Part shown: in pieces, positions 11,341-23,379 of the stretch
How the letters are laid out: the number at the start of each line of letters is the position of its first letter
Numbering within the stretch: the first letter of the stretch is position 1
From: Paramoeba atlantica
Lineage: Eukaryota; Protista; Discosea
Length of the DNA stretch: 64,000 nucleotides
Direction of reading: 5' to 3'
Assembly: GCA_977017575.1 (NCBI GenBank)
Contig: CDRNVI010000098.1
Span: 1 to 64,000 of the forward strand
Program-made: the position numbers and the translations under genes
Notes under the pieces: generated by a model
What the model was told of the DNA's origin: nothing
The model's database searches: none
Seen by the model: the letters and a program-made list of their open reading frames with translations, nothing else

Positions 11341-12080
11341 GACGATTGCTCTCTCGCAATTTCCCTTGGACTAAATCGTGACAAAGGGAAACGCGACCCG
11401 GAACCAAGAGTCAAAACCTAATCCAATTATAGGGCAACATGATTTTAGCAAGAAACTGATTTTTACTATAGCGAAAATGAGCACGGTTTCATACTCTTCT
11501 TTAATTCTTCTTTAGTTCTGAGATACTCCAATTCTGAGACATAATTCTTTTAGCTGAGCGCAAATTCCTGGTTTCGTCGAATATTTATCGTTTTTCGTTG
11601 CAATGTTAGTTTCATTGTTCGTGCAGTCAATTTCGTATTAAATTTCTGTTCAAGTTGATGCTTACACGCGAGTTTTCAATACATACCTGTAGTACTTATA
11701 ATAATTAAAAGAAAAAACACGTTCAATAGCGGGGTTTGTTTCCTTTCTTATTTAAATATCATAAGCATTCCGGCAGAGGTAAAATGCTCTACAGTGTATA
11801 GTAGTACTTTTACATACGTATTAAACACAAAGTAGTTGTTCTATAGTTTACTTCCAGTAATGAAAGTTTACAAGTATAGTACAAGTATAGCATCACGAAA
11901 TATAGCGTAGAAGGCATAAGATACCTAGAAGATATCTCTTTACGGGGAGTTTGGCGTTACAGCCAGGCAGATCTGAGTGAGATTAGTAACCTTATGGGTT
12001 AATAGTTTATGAAGAATATCGTACATTAGAAGTAGAAGATAGAAATTCGAGAAAGATACGAAAGATACCGTTCTCTTGAC

Positions 12081-14600
12081 GTGCACCGCCACCTTGCTCA
12101 GCTTGCAGTTACGAGACAAACTGCCGCGAGACGAGAATGTTACTTTGCAAGACTGGAAAGCCTCTTGCAGGTCCGCGGCGTGGTTAATGTACTTGAGAAA
12201 CACATTTTAGCCTTGTGCGCAAGTCTAGCGCGTTTCTATCGTGCCTCCACATTACAATCATTTCATGCCGCCCTCGTGTGCTGCCAGGTAGAAGACATGC
12301 CCATAGAGGCATGCTGGACGCAGTCTATTCGGTTTCGTAGACGATAGAGGTGCACTGAAGCTTTGTTTGGATCCCGTGCCCCTGGGATCTGTAACGTTCG
12401 GTCAGTTGCGAACTTTAGCAAGTCACTGCTCTGAGCGAGGTGAAATAGACTATGCCAGAGGTTTTATCGTCGCCTTATACGGGCTGTTGCGACATAGCGA
12501 AATCACTTCATTAAGACGAAGCGATATAGAATGACCGTTCATCGAAGGTGCGGCACCTTCGATGAATCATTCATCTAACGGTTCAAAACTGCTTTTCCGA
12601 GAAAAATCCAAAAAAAATCACCCCCAAAAAAAAGTTCCCCCCCAAAAAATTCAGTTCGCTATATGAGTAAGCGTATTCTTTTTTATGCGTATTCTTTTCT
12701 AGTTTGCGTGTCTGGAGGCAAGGCCCAACTGTTAGCGAAGCCAACTTCTGCGAACAAGGCCCCAGTTTGCGAGCAAGGCCCAACTGTGTGCGAAGCCAAT
12801 TTATGGAGGCGAAAGCCCCCGTTTAAGAGCAAGGCCCAACTGTGAGCGTAGCCCTGGGACAGAAATATATTTTTTGACAAACCGCGCGCTCCCGCGCGCG
12901 GGTCGCGCGCTAAGAACCTGGATGTCTGTCACTTCCGCAGGATTCTGTATTAATTTTGCTCTGCTGCGATACCGAGTTTACGAGTCTGGAGCTATGACCC
13001 AACTCTGAGATTTTGTTTACATGACAGGATTAAATGACGACATTTTTTTTTATTTTTTTCTCGAAAAGCACTTTCAAACCCTTCGATGAAAGATTCATCG
13101 AAGGTGTCGCACCTTCAATGACCGTTCATCGAAGGACCATACTCTACTTCGGAGCATACTCCTGTGTTTCGAGGACATCGGAGTTTATCGAAGTGGTTTT
13201 GAAAGTTCGAAAAGTTCTGAAAGTTCACTTATCTCCACAATAGGCTAAAGTGTAATATTTATACTGCGTGTAAAACGACAATACGCGTAATTCTTCACTC
13301 GCTGTCAGTATTTCAAGAACGAAACCTTATCATTTCGAGCTTGTACATTTGCATTACCTCTTACTTCGCTCGCTTCACTCATGCAAATGGATTCTCTTCT
13401 AGTCTCTGACAAGTCAGACTGTCTGGTCGAACCAGACTGCTTTCTCCCTCCCTGCGATATCAGGTGAGGCCGTGGAGCGTACGCTACGGATAATGATGTT
13501 TTATGTCCGCTTGTGAACGTGGCCGGAATGAAACTTTGTCCTTCACTTTTTAAATATGCTCCTTTCGCGAAAGGAGCGTTGGAACTTCTAAGCAGGGACC
13601 CATTTAAGTCTAATTACGAGGAAAGAAAATTGGAAGAGACACCAAACTCAGAGTGCTTCAGGTCTCACATACAAACGCTAGAGAATGCAAAGGTTCTAGT
13701 GCCCGCCTCGTGGGAAGTGCCTCACGCTATAGGAAATTATATGGCCGCACTCAAGGACCAAACTTACGCTAGAGCCATATTCGACTTGCGATGGACGAAC
13801 GAGCGGATCACCGTAGTCGATTTAGCGTTTCATACCTTAGGCACCAGCGAACTGGTGAGAGCCCTCATTCAATTAGGTAATACTGCCTAATCCAAAATTT
13901 GATTTCTTCACGGGAACATAAAGAATATGTATCAAATACCCATCTCTGCGGCACTTAGTTAGGCATGCTGTATTAGGCAAGGTAAAAGATTATTACGCCC
14001 TACAGTACTTTCTATGGGCTACAAACATGACTGTAGCACTGCACAGTCCATGGGGGGGCATACGTCACGATTTGTTTTTCGAATTTTTCGCTTCTGAAAA
14101 TCGAGCGCACGGAAGTAGTAGGGTATGCCGCGGCGATGATTTTCGCGATGAATCAAGGCGGGTGATAAAATCGCGAAAAAAGGGGGGGTATGGTCGATGA
14201 AAGGAATACTCATGATTTTCATTTTCGCCAGGGGGTGTGATTAGACGAGTCGTTAGGTCCAGTAACTCTACATCTAAGATTGTTGGGTTCGATTCCCACG
14301 GAGGTACTTTTCGTCCGGCTACACAGGGATTAGCTAAGAAGCTTGGGTCCACGATATCTGAACGGATTGGTCCATTTTTCAATCCCACCCAATAGCATGT
14401 GCGTTGGACGCGACTTGTAGTTTTTTTACACGAACTACATGCAGCACGAACGTCGTTAGTGGGAAGCAAGTTGCGAAGTCGAAGGAGTGGTAGGGTGAGG
14501 AGCGCAACGATGATGCGGATACCACTAAAAGAAAGCGACAACGCACTTTCGAATCTAGTGGGTATAAGATGCACGATATTGATGATTGGTTGTTATCGTT
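12081..14600 (+). mobile_element. Degenerate tyrosine-recombinase + RT retroelement (TATE/VIPER/DIRS-like)
   Basis: YR box GSVTFGQLRTL...LYGLLRHSEITSLRRSDI (~12390-12528); RT motifs RAIFDLRWTN (ORF 13513-13890) and NIKNMYQIPI; interrupted by other elements. Confidence 0.65.
12529..13137. mobile_element. Element with ~80-bp imperfect terminal inverted repeats, inserted after a TA in the YR gene
   Basis: TTCATCGAAGGTGCGGCACCTTCGATGAA palindromic arms at both ends; internal AAGGCCCAACT repeats. Confidence 0.6.
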
Positions 14601-14660
14601 TCATTGATGTTGAAATTTATTGCGGTCAATGCATAACCGGATTTCCTTATTTACGGAATT

Positions 14661-14927
14661 TCTTAATTTCGGTTCCTCTCTAATTACGGCTCCCCCTAAT
14701 TACGGTTTCTCTTTAATTACGGTTCCTCTTTAATTACGGTTCCTCTCTAATTACGGCTCCCCCTAATTACGGTTTCTCTCTAATTACGGTTCCTCTCTAA
14801 TTACGGTTCCTCTCTAATTACGGTTCCTCTCTAATTACGGTTCCTCTCTAATTACGGTTCCTCTCTAATTACGGTTCCTCTCTAATTACGGTTCCTCTCT
14901 AATTACGGTTTCTCTCTAATTACGGTT
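14661..14927. repeat. 17-bp minisatellite (TAATTACGGTTCCTCTC), ~15-16 units
   Basis: Read directly. Confidence 0.9.
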
Positions 14928-15004
14928 AACCGATTTAAGGTTAAAATTCTCGGCACTGGTGGAATAACCGTAAAACAGCGTTCCAAGGACCTGAAATCGC
15001 CGAT

Positions 15005-15193
15005 CCACGAGAGTGCGCTTTGTCTGGCGCCTCGTTTTCGTGAGAATCAACAGTCATTAAATGGATGAAGGGAACTACGCCGCGTACACTATACGCAGTC
15101 CAATGCCCTGCATGGAAGGGCCACGAGTGTGCGCTTTGTCCGGCGCCTCATTTTCGTGAGAACCAGCAGTCATGGAATGGATGAGGGGAACTA
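15005..15193. repeat. Two direct copies of a ~73-bp unit
   Basis: CCACGAG...GCGCTTTGTC.GGCGCCTC.TTTTCGTGAGAA...GGATGA.GGGAACTA at 15005 and 15121. Confidence 0.75.
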
Positions 15194-16082
15194 AAAATAA
15201 AGTCTCAATGATTTCCAGAAATGAAAATGTTAGAAATTTACACCATATTTACTCTACCTTTTTGGTCAAAAAAATTGGTCAATTTTTTTCGGACATTTTT
15301 TTTTCAAAACAGCACTATAAGTGTTCTAAATTGATATTTTGAAAGCTCTATGTCTAGTACCCTCTCTATTCCCTAGTTTTAGTAAACACCTCTACATTAT
15401 TAAGATCAGACCCTCTAACCCCAAACAGGGGGAGTACATAGAACGATGTAATATCAAAAGAGAAGACAACCCCACAATATGTGCAACACAATCTATTCCG
15501 TCCCTATTAGACTTCGAAACGTGTTGCAAAACAATGGAAGCCATTCCAGATACTACACCCCCCCTGCTTGCGAGTTCCCCCAATTCTGGTACGCTTATCA
15601 GTTCCTTTTTCTAAGGCGAATGTTTTTGTACCCCAAAAAGAATTTGTACCCACTTTTCGCGAAGCGATTTTTTTTGGACTGAACAAAAATTCATAATTTT
15701 CCCAACTATTGTACGTCAGGCTGCTGTACAGACTAGTTCTTTACCCTCATAGTTAACTTTTGGACACAAATTCCGTTTTTTGTTTCATTTTTCATAGGCA
15801 AAAAAATGTCATTTTTAATTTTGGTAAACTTTCGGGTCATCCATGGGGCACCTGGGGTCTATGAAAAAAAAGCGGCAATGCTCTTCGATAGGGGAACAAG
15901 ATCTCTCCAATGTGGCAAAGATGAGCAAAAACGGATATAGAAAATCAAAATTCCGAGGGGGGGCAAGATCAACTGAAACCACTGTACATCTGATACGCGA
16001 ACTAGAATGAGAAGTACGCGTATTTCAGTATACTGATATTATACGTAGGGACTACAGGTAAGGGGCCGCGGGAATAGAAAAA

Positions 16083-16748
16083 CTATTCATAAATCACAAT
16101 TTTCGTCTCCAAGAAGGATTGTGCAATTTGGAACTTTCCTCCAAGTTTAGGAGGCATTTTATCCAATATTACTCTACCTTCTAGGAGTTTGTTATCTCTT
16201 AACTTGAGTGTAGAAAGATTTTCCGGGAGGTACGACAAGTCCACGCTTCCAACAAAATTATTTCCCTTCAGATACAAGCTTACTAGAGTAGCGGGAAGAG
16301 ACCGCAGGTCAATTGTCCCCGTCAAAAAATTGCTGCTGACGTCAAGGTATTTTAGACCAGGAGGCAATTGAGTAAGACACACGTCCCCTGATAATCTGTT
16401 ACTTTCCATTCATGCTGAAGTCATACGTCTGGGGAAAACAGTAAGATCTGGATTTCCTGTAAAAAGATTCCCACCGAGAAACAAACCAGCAAGATTTGAA
16501 AGCGGGGAGAGGTCACAAAGGTCGGTTCGTTCTCCAGACAGCGAGTTTTCTTCAATATCAAACTCCATAACGGAGCTCCATAACGCAGCTTTGCATGCTA
16601 TACCTTTCCATTCACAAGCAGGTGTCAGTGAACTCCAACTTTGGTGTTGCGGGTGTATTCCACTAATGAGTCGTTCCAGCCCCATCTCTTGCGGTAGATT
16701 TGAGCCAGAGACCTTGGCCGCACGCGACTTGTGTCTCACGGAATCCAT
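16083..16748 (-). pseudogene. Near-identical paralog of LRR 9181-9909 with a ~60-bp deletion and TGG>TGA
   Basis: MTSA*MESNRL versus MTSAWMESNRL; KAALWSSV replaces ~28 residues. Confidence 0.85.
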
Positions 16749-17014
16749 TGTAAAGTTCTACGAAATGGAGAAGAACGATTGTCCGAAAAAACATATTGAA
16801 AGCTGTTATTTAAAAAGACTGTTTTACAAAATATTTTTTGTCGCGTGATAGGCTGATGTCAAAGAAAGTGCTCTATAATGGGAGCGAAGGACATTTTTGT
16901 TCGTTTGCAGAGTTAATGAGCAAACACATAAACAGATGTGGGACTGTAGATGTACATATCTGTATTCCAAAGGGGAACATAGATTAACTAAACAAAACGC
17001 TGTATAACCCATCA

Positions 17015-17347
17015 TTAGTCCTGCTCTTTCGGTTTTTTCTTCCACACCTTTTCCCATTTTTGTATCGCCTCCTCATCTTTAAATGGGGCACGATACGCCG
17101 CCCACTGCCGATATCGCACCCACACATTGCCCCACGATAGAGCACATGCATCCACAATATTTTTGCCTTCCATTCTGGCCTCCTGTAAGCATTTTCGGTG
17201 ATCCTCCTGGGCTTGTGTAAGCAGTGCAACTAAGGCATCGGAGGGTTTCATGTTATTTTGCTCCTCTTTCGAGACACCTCGCAAACCACCATCTACCGGA
17301 TCGGGATAAAGCCGCGGATTCGTCTCGTCGATTTGACTGATTGGCAT
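17015..17347 (-). CDS. Hypothetical 110-aa protein
   Basis: ATG-started ORF on the host strand with protein-like composition; no family assigned. Confidence 0.55.
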   Translation of the reverse strand: MPISQIDETNPRLYPDPVDGGLRGVSKEEQNNMKPSDALVALLTQAQEDHRKCLQEARMEGKNIVDACALSWGNVWVRYRQWAAYRAPFKDEEAIQKWEKVWKKKPKEQD

Positions 17348-17772
17348 TACAACGAAGGACGAATTGTCTGAATGAAGAAAAGATGATTTAACACAAACTA
17401 TTTAACAAGAAAAGTGCGATTACTTTTTATGTAGAACACCGAAGCGTTATTCTTTTGTCGCTTTTAGTCCTAGTAGGAAAAGTAATACAAACATCCCGAA
17501 CAACACCTATTTACAACGGAAAGAGTCTTTAAGACTAACAAAAAGAATATTATTAAAAGTAAGCAAAGCAAGAAATACAATGAAACGATGTTCAAAATAA
17601 TCCAGGATAGTAAGGCATGCTTTCTAGTGCAAAAATCGATTTACAACAAAACAGAATGTACGAAAAGGTTTCCTAAAGAATTACAGCATCTGCATTACAT
17701 CCAAAGCAAAATGAGCTCGCAATAAATGGGCTTGCGATAAAAGAAGCCAACTGCCCTTCATCCCCATCTGGG

Positions 17773-20700
17773 CTAGTCATACAGCGCAAATACCTCACAT
17801 TGAATAATGTGAAACTCATTTCTCACACAGCCCTGCACAAGGGGAGGGCTGCAAAAGGAGGGACAGCACTCCGTGGTGCCGGTGTGGAGGTCAGCGGCGA
17901 GACACAGGGCTGGACCGTAGCACGTTCCCTTCTCACTCACCTCCACACCACGGCTGTTACACGGTTGTTCGGTTTCCACTACCTCCTTATGGGGTAACCC
18001 TCCCGAAGCCTGCGCCTTCACAGCGCTGATGATGTTTGTGTTCACATCAGAACAAGCACCTAATTCTTGTTTGAAGATTGTCTTAATAGATTGGTTATCT
18101 TGTGAGATGCATGGCGTCTCACTCGGTCCCGTCATATCCTTCGCGGGATCTACAAGATTGGCTCCACAGGAGTCTTTGTCTTGCGAGATGAATTCTGTCT
18201 CACCAGGATAAATATTATCCTTTGTTAGATTGGCTCTACAAGAGTCGTTTTCCTCTTGTGAGATGAATTCACCAGGACGCCTCATGTCCTTTGCTCGACT
18301 TGACCCACAAGAGTCTTTTTTATCCTGTGAGGGGAGTCGATGCAACGAAGGGGATGGTGTTCCCCGGGAGCTGTGCTTTCCAATGGAAAGGGTTTGAGGG
18401 GCGCATCGAAGCACCCCGGGCTCTGCCGCAACAAAGCGCTGCGCATGAGGAAAAAGGGTAAAGACTAAACCGTGTTCTGGAAAGGAACCTTTTTCGGGTG
18501 GGATGGGCCTTGGAGAATCTAAGCAAAAGGGAGAGGATGGAGAGGGCGTGTCGATGGGTTTCTGGGGTCGGGGCAGAGGCGAACGTGCAGGGCTGAGACT
18601 GGGATTATGAGGGCTTCGGGTCAGGGAACACTCAAAGGTTCCAGGAAGGATGGCGCCGATAAGAACCCGACGGGTTTTAGGAGGAACGGTTTCTTTTTTG
18701 GAATTTGAGTCGTGTTCGGATGGCTCCAAGATTCTTTCAGTAGAACTCGGTTTTGTTGCGTCTTCTGTTGTTTCCAAAATTCGGACACCTTTTTCAAAAA
18801 CTCGTGGAGGAGACTTTGGGACGTATGGAAGTGAAGAATCAAACGGGAAAGAAGAAAACTCCGAAGCTGATTTGGATTTCAAATTCTCTGTTTTGTCATA
18901 AGATTTGCTTTCGGTATTCAGATCAGCACGTATCTCCGTATGCTTCGGCGTGGCATGAAGCAAAAGTAACGTACTGACAACTCCTTTCTTTCGAGCTTTT
19001 TTCATACTCTCGTTAAGTGTTTTTATACGCGCGTAAAGTGTATGAAGAGACCATCCATGTACCGATGTGCTGTACGCTAACGCAAGCGTATGGCCACAGG
19101 AAAATCCGAGTGAGTCATACCAGAGCACAAAAAGATCCTCCCAAATCATTGGTGTAGTAAGAATTACGCTTTCTCCCTCAATTTCGGGGCGATTGGAAAT
19201 GGAGAGACGACCAACGCCTCTTCGAAGTTCATCCCAAAGTGTGCTTGCAGATTTTGACGTAAATGAATCGGGATCTCGATGGTAATCGCTGCACGTGCGA
19301 GATGAAGAAACTTTCGAGGAGTGTTGCTCTACGTCTTGATGCTCTTCTAAGGTCAGTAATTCTCGTCGGCTCAATTTCCATTTGTAAGAACGAGTCATGA
19401 AAGTATCCCAGTATTCCTTTGCGAAGGTCTTCTTTTTTGCAAGCTCCAGAAGAGAAGACACAGAGCGACAAGTGGGTAAGTGTTCAGCGAAATCAACTGT
19501 CAGCGTTAGAGCGAAACGAAGTAACACTTTGACACCTTCATTTAAGTACGCATCAAATAGGTGTACCGCATAGTGTAATGGGAAAACCGTCGTAAACATT
19601 GTACACAACAAATGATGCAGCAAATGGGCAAGATCCACACGATGTGCGACAAATAACGATGCAGTGCGAGCGCTTTTATAAGACACTAAGGCTGGAAAGC
19701 TGCACAACGTTTTTGTATAGCTCGTAAAACACACTGGAAGATAATACACTGCTTCGTTTCGCCAAGGCAGCTTCGAGACACGAATCATTCCTACAATACT
19801 CGAAAGAGCCTCCTCGGGAGATAGAAACAAAAGGAGTAAGGAGAGAGCGACGGGTAACATGGGAGCGCAATGTATTTCTGGAAACTTATGTGCCACCACC
19901 CCAAGTAAGAGCTTGAAAATCTTTTCTCCATAACTCGTGAGCCACTTAGCTACCTGGGTAAGATCATGCAATGCAAAACAAGGTGTTTTGCGGGGACAAA
20001 AATCTGGAAATCGTTGCAATAAATTTTCCCAATGATAGGTTTGACTTAGCGCGACATCGAAATAGTGGGGCCGCGTGTCCAGCATTTGCCGGGCTTGTGT
20101 GAGTGTAAGCCAAACCGGCCTGCGAAATACGAAAGGGATCCCATCACGGATTAGTTTTTTCCACTGTACCTCTTTGTAATTCACGACGGGGGCCGTATTT
20201 TTTTCAAATCGTGCTGACCAAATTGCCTTCCGAGCTTCTTCTGTTTCTGAGGCTGTTGCCGGATAGGTCGCAAAAAAGTAGTTCACATCGACTTGAGCAA
20301 CTTGGAGTTGGTGTTCACGTTTAATATTTTGAAGCGAATGAGAAGGAAGAGATCCTTCTTTTACGTCTTCCAAGCTCTGACTAGGCTTACGATGGAAAGG
20401 CATGAGTAGAGAAAACGATCTACGTGGTCGGGTTGCGCAGGAAATTTTCGAGGATTCCTTCTCGACATTTGTTTGAGGGAAAGCAGAAAAATTCTGGATA
20501 TGTTCGTTGTGTTCATCTTTTCTTCGCGGGTTCAGCACACTAGTTTTTCTTCTGGGTTTCGGATACTGTGATTTGATTCCAGGTCCAGGCAGAGATTTCG
20601 AGGAGACGTTGTATTTTAATGCTTCATTTCCCGGCTCTAAATTTGATTCCCACGCGCATGAATGTTCAATCATTTCCCAAACCAATACAATCGAGTTATG

Positions 20701-21480
20701 GACAAAGCACTCAGAAGGAATCACCCAAGAGTTACGTTTCGTCAATCGTACGTAACCTTTGTGTGTGGAATCAAAATAGCGAAGCGCAGACGAAGTTGGT
20801 AGATTGGCTGCTCCATGGAAATTTGTGTTCTCTGCGACACGTGCTGTAAAAGGATCTGTGTTTGAATGATCTTGATCTGTATACAACTTGTCAGAAATTA
20901 CATTTTCAACGCCGGCAAACGAAATCTGACACTCGTTCGAAGATTGCAGCTTACTCCGTAGCAAATGTCTTCGAATGCAGTGCGCGTTGTGGAGATTTTC
21001 ATTCTGGTAGCACAACTCCACATCAAAAATATTTACAACCTTTGGGGTGATATGAAATACTTTATCCGGTTCATGAGATGTGGGCCTTGAAGACGTGATG
21101 AAGCCTGAGTCTTGAATATCTGTGAGCGGGTTTATTCCGGTGGCATTATTTTGATAAAGCCGCGATTGCTGAAACACGTTCAGATATTCCTGCGGACGCT
21201 TAATTTCGATCCAACCAGTGGAATCATTTACGAAAATAGACTGTAGAGGCTGAAAGTGAAGCAGAAGTTCGTCTTCGAAAAGCACGTTAAGGAAGAGGTC
21301 ATGGGATAGTATGTGAGAGGTGGTGGCTGGGTCAAACTGTTCGGATCTCGTGTGCTCTTCTATTTTTGATTCATCAACTGAAATCGATAACGTGCGCTGA
21401 ATCACTCGAACAAAATCTTCGTCGAATTCATCAAATACACGGAGCAAAACGGAAATGTGAATCTCATCTTTGAGAGGCAT
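17773..21480 (-). CDS. TBC (Rab-GAP) + TLDc domain protein, TBC1D24/Skywalker-like
   Basis: LIRDGIPFVFRRPVW (TBC); LAYSTSVHGWSLHTLY and GPALCLAADL...CSPPL...CEVF (TLDc). Confidence 0.8.
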   Translation of the reverse strand: MPLKDEIHISVLLRVFDEFDEDFVRVIQRTLSISVDESKIEEHTRSEQFDPATTSHILSHDLFLNVLFEDELLLHFQPLQSIFVNDSTGWIEIKRPQEYLNVFQQSRLYQNNATGINPLTDIQDSGFITSSRPTSHEPDKVFHITPKVVNIFDVELCYQNENLHNAHCIRRHLLRSKLQSSNECQISFAGVENVISDKLYTDQDHSNTDPFTARVAENTNFHGAANLPTSSALRYFDSTHKGYVRLTKRNSWVIPSECFVHNSIVLVWEMIEHSCAWESNLEPGNEALKYNVSSKSLPGPGIKSQYPKPRRKTSVLNPRRKDEHNEHIQNFSAFPQTNVEKESSKISCATRPRRSFSLLMPFHRKPSQSLEDVKEGSLPSHSLQNIKREHQLQVAQVDVNYFFATYPATASETEEARKAIWSARFEKNTAPVVNYKEVQWKKLIRDGIPFVFRRPVWLTLTQARQMLDTRPHYFDVALSQTYHWENLLQRFPDFCPRKTPCFALHDLTQVAKWLTSYGEKIFKLLLGVVAHKFPEIHCAPMLPVALSLLLLFLSPEEALSSIVGMIRVSKLPWRNEAVYYLPVCFTSYTKTLCSFPALVSYKSARTASLFVAHRVDLAHLLHHLLCTMFTTVFPLHYAVHLFDAYLNEGVKVLLRFALTLTVDFAEHLPTCRSVSSLLELAKKKTFAKEYWDTFMTRSYKWKLSRRELLTLEEHQDVEQHSSKVSSSRTCSDYHRDPDSFTSKSASTLWDELRRGVGRLSISNRPEIEGESVILTTPMIWEDLFVLWYDSLGFSCGHTLALAYSTSVHGWSLHTLYARIKTLNESMKKARKKGVVSTLLLLHATPKHTEIRADLNTESKSYDKTENLKSKSASEFSSFPFDSSLPYVPKSPPRVFEKGVRILETTEDATKPSSTERILEPSEHDSNSKKETVPPKTRRVLIGAILPGTFECSLTRSPHNPSLSPARSPLPRPQKPIDTPSPSSPFCLDSPRPIPPEKGSFPEHGLVFTLFPHAQRFVAAEPGVLRCAPQTLSIGKHSSRGTPSPSLHRLPSQDKKDSCGSSRAKDMRRPGEFISQEENDSCRANLTKDNIYPGETEFISQDKDSCGANLVDPAKDMTGPSETPCISQDNQSIKTIFKQELGACSDVNTNIISAVKAQASGGLPHKEVVETEQPCNSRGVEVSEKGTCYGPALCLAADLHTGTTECCPSFCSPPLVQGCVRNEFHIIQCEVFALYD

Positions 21481-21816
21481 TTCGGAGTAATTGTTCGAAA
21501 AACAAATCTTCTCTTGAGAGCAAATTTCGTAAAAATGAAAAGAATAGAGATTTCTGAATTATTCCTCTTCTCAATATGATCCTCTATCTCAATACAAAAT
21601 ACTACAAAAGTGCACTTAATCCATTTTCATTCAACAGTATCTTAATCAAACTTATCCAGCTTTAACAGTATCCCTCATGAATTTGTATCCAGAGCTGCTT
21701 TCTTCATTTCTTCCTTTCCACTTCGCTATTTCCACTTCTTCATTGTTTTCTTTATTTCTCAACTTCTCCCTCTTTTATCTCCACCCTTCCTCCCCACCCC
21801 TTCCTTCCCCCTCTCC

Positions 21817-22338
21817 TCACCGTCTTCCTCCTCCCCTCCCTCCTTTCCCTCCCCCCCTCCCCCCTTGTCGAGCATACCCCCCCTGTCCCCTCCCCGCGGC
21901 GGACTGCGGCATCGCCACACTCACCCCCGCCTCCCCCGCCCCCCCGTGCTGTCCCCCGCGCTCCCCCGCCGCGCGCTGCACGGTGCTGGGGCGGGAGCAC
22001 GGCAGCCCCTCGACCATCCTCCACGTCTCCTCATCCACCACGATCCCGGAGGTGGCGGTCTGGTCCACGATGGAGACCTCGGGGACGTAGTCCATCCGCT
22101 TCTCCCGCTCCTCCTCCTGGAGCCTCAGCGAGATGCCGCGGACGGGCCCGAGCGCGATGCGTTTGATCAGGTGGGTGGTGTACCCGGTGATCTTGTTCCG
22201 CAGGCGCCGGGAGGGGATGGTCCCGATGTCGAGGAGGATGCGCTTGTTGGTGTAGTAGTCCCGGGTGAGTTTGGGGTAGTACCGCTCGACAATGAGCCGG
22301 GAGGCACGTTTGATGGTCTTGGTACGGACTTTGCCCAT
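21817..22338 (-). CDS. RPS17: 40S ribosomal protein S17 (eS17) with RGG-rich tail
   Basis: MGKVRTKTIKRASRLIVERYY...RNKITGYTTHL...GPVRGISLRLQEEEREKRMDYVPEVS. Confidence 0.95.
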   Translation of the reverse strand: MGKVRTKTIKRASRLIVERYYPKLTRDYYTNKRILLDIGTIPSRRLRNKITGYTTHLIKRIALGPVRGISLRLQEEEREKRMDYVPEVSIVDQTATSGIVVDEETWRMVEGLPCSRPSTVQRAAGERGGQHGGAGEAGVSVAMPQSAAGRGQGGYARQGGRGGGKGGRGGGRR

Positions 22339-22504
22339 GGTGGAGGGGAAAAAAGTAGAGTAGGAAAGAAAGTAAAGAATGTGAAAAAAGGTGCAAAAAT
22401 AGAGGAAGAGAACATTATGGAAAATAAAAGAGTAGAGAACAGAAAATACGAAAAATAGAAAATAGAACGAAAATGCTACCCTGTAAGTTCCACTTCCAGA
22501 ACGT

Positions 22505-23113
22505 TTATTGAAGTGGAGCATACTCTATCCATGATGCAGGAATCTTCCAACATGCTTGAGTAGGCATGTGACTTCGAGCTATCTTTCCACGAAGTCCAGG
22601 ATTCCCCGTTATGTCGAATGCAGCAGTAGGCTTCATAAGAGTCGTGTGCTGCAAACACGAAAGATCCACAAATCCGGTGAATCTACAACTGGATACATTT
22701 AACACATCAATGTTAGGCGGAAGATGGGCAAAGTCTGGCTCCCCTGTAAAAAAATTGTGTTGAAGCCACATGCACGTCAAAGGCTGAGGTAAGGTTGTGA
22801 AGTCAACATCGCCACCCAACCGATTCATCAGCAGCCGGGCTTGTTGTATCGTACGCGGTAAATACAGCCAGTGTAATGTCCCATTCAGTTCGCGTTGACG
22901 CCATCTTAAATCAACTATACTCTTAGATTTGTCACATTCCACGCCGTCCCACTCGCAGGCAGCCGTATGCGTATCCCACGAGAGGTGCGGGTTCCTAACA
23001 TCACGGACAAATTTAGCAAGTTCGTATTCTTGCGGCAGAGCAACGCCCTTTACCTTACCTGCACGTGCTGCTGAGGATGCAACGTCGGCTGCCTCATACA
23101 ATAGGAGTGACAT
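22505..23113 (-). CDS. Short LRR protein (subfamily 2)
   Basis: GKVKGVALPQEYEL, SWDTHTAACEWDGVEC cap, LRRs. Confidence 0.8.
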   Translation of the reverse strand: MSLLLYEAADVASSAARAGKVKGVALPQEYELAKFVRDVRNPHLSWDTHTAACEWDGVECDKSKSIVDLRWRQRELNGTLHWLYLPRTIQQARLLMNRLGGDVDFTTLPQPLTCMWLQHNFFTGEPDFAHLPPNIDVLNVSSCRFTGFVDLSCLQHTTLMKPTAAFDITGNPGLRGKIARSHMPTQACWKIPASWIEYAPLQ

Positions 23114-23195
23114 GGATACCTTAATTCTATGGGGATACCATTGATATTAATTTGAACTAGAAAGGTTCTAATTAAAAAAATCTAATTGAATAATG

Positions 23196-23379
23196 TACTG
23201 CCCCCCCCGTTTAAGTGTACCTCGCTTTCCGTGAAAGGTGCGCTTAAACGGGGGGGGTCTGAATCAGTACATAAAAAAGATTTGGCGCCGCTTCGCGGCG
23301 CCGAAGTCTGCACCTCAACTCTATGTGCGCTTAAACGGGGGCGTCTGACCGGGTGCGCTTAGGGGGAGGGGGGACAGTA
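23196..23379. mobile_element. 184-bp TA-flanked MITE
   Basis: TACTGCCCCCCCC...GGGGGGACAGTA; internal GTGCGCTTAAACGGGG repeats; central GGCGCCGCTTCGCGGCGCC. Confidence 0.8.

Noticed and set aside
5501-16412. UGA-to-Trp recoding (TGA at conserved Trp in two LRR genes)
   Set aside because: Paralogs use TGG at these sites, RPS17 and LRR 26926/39991 end in TGA, and the 16083 copy also has a deletion, so these are pseudogene mutations.
21677-22458. Multiple overlapping ORFs around RPS17 and antisense to the long genes and bacterial operon
   Set aside because: Shadow ORFs from GC-rich codon usage or antisense frames.
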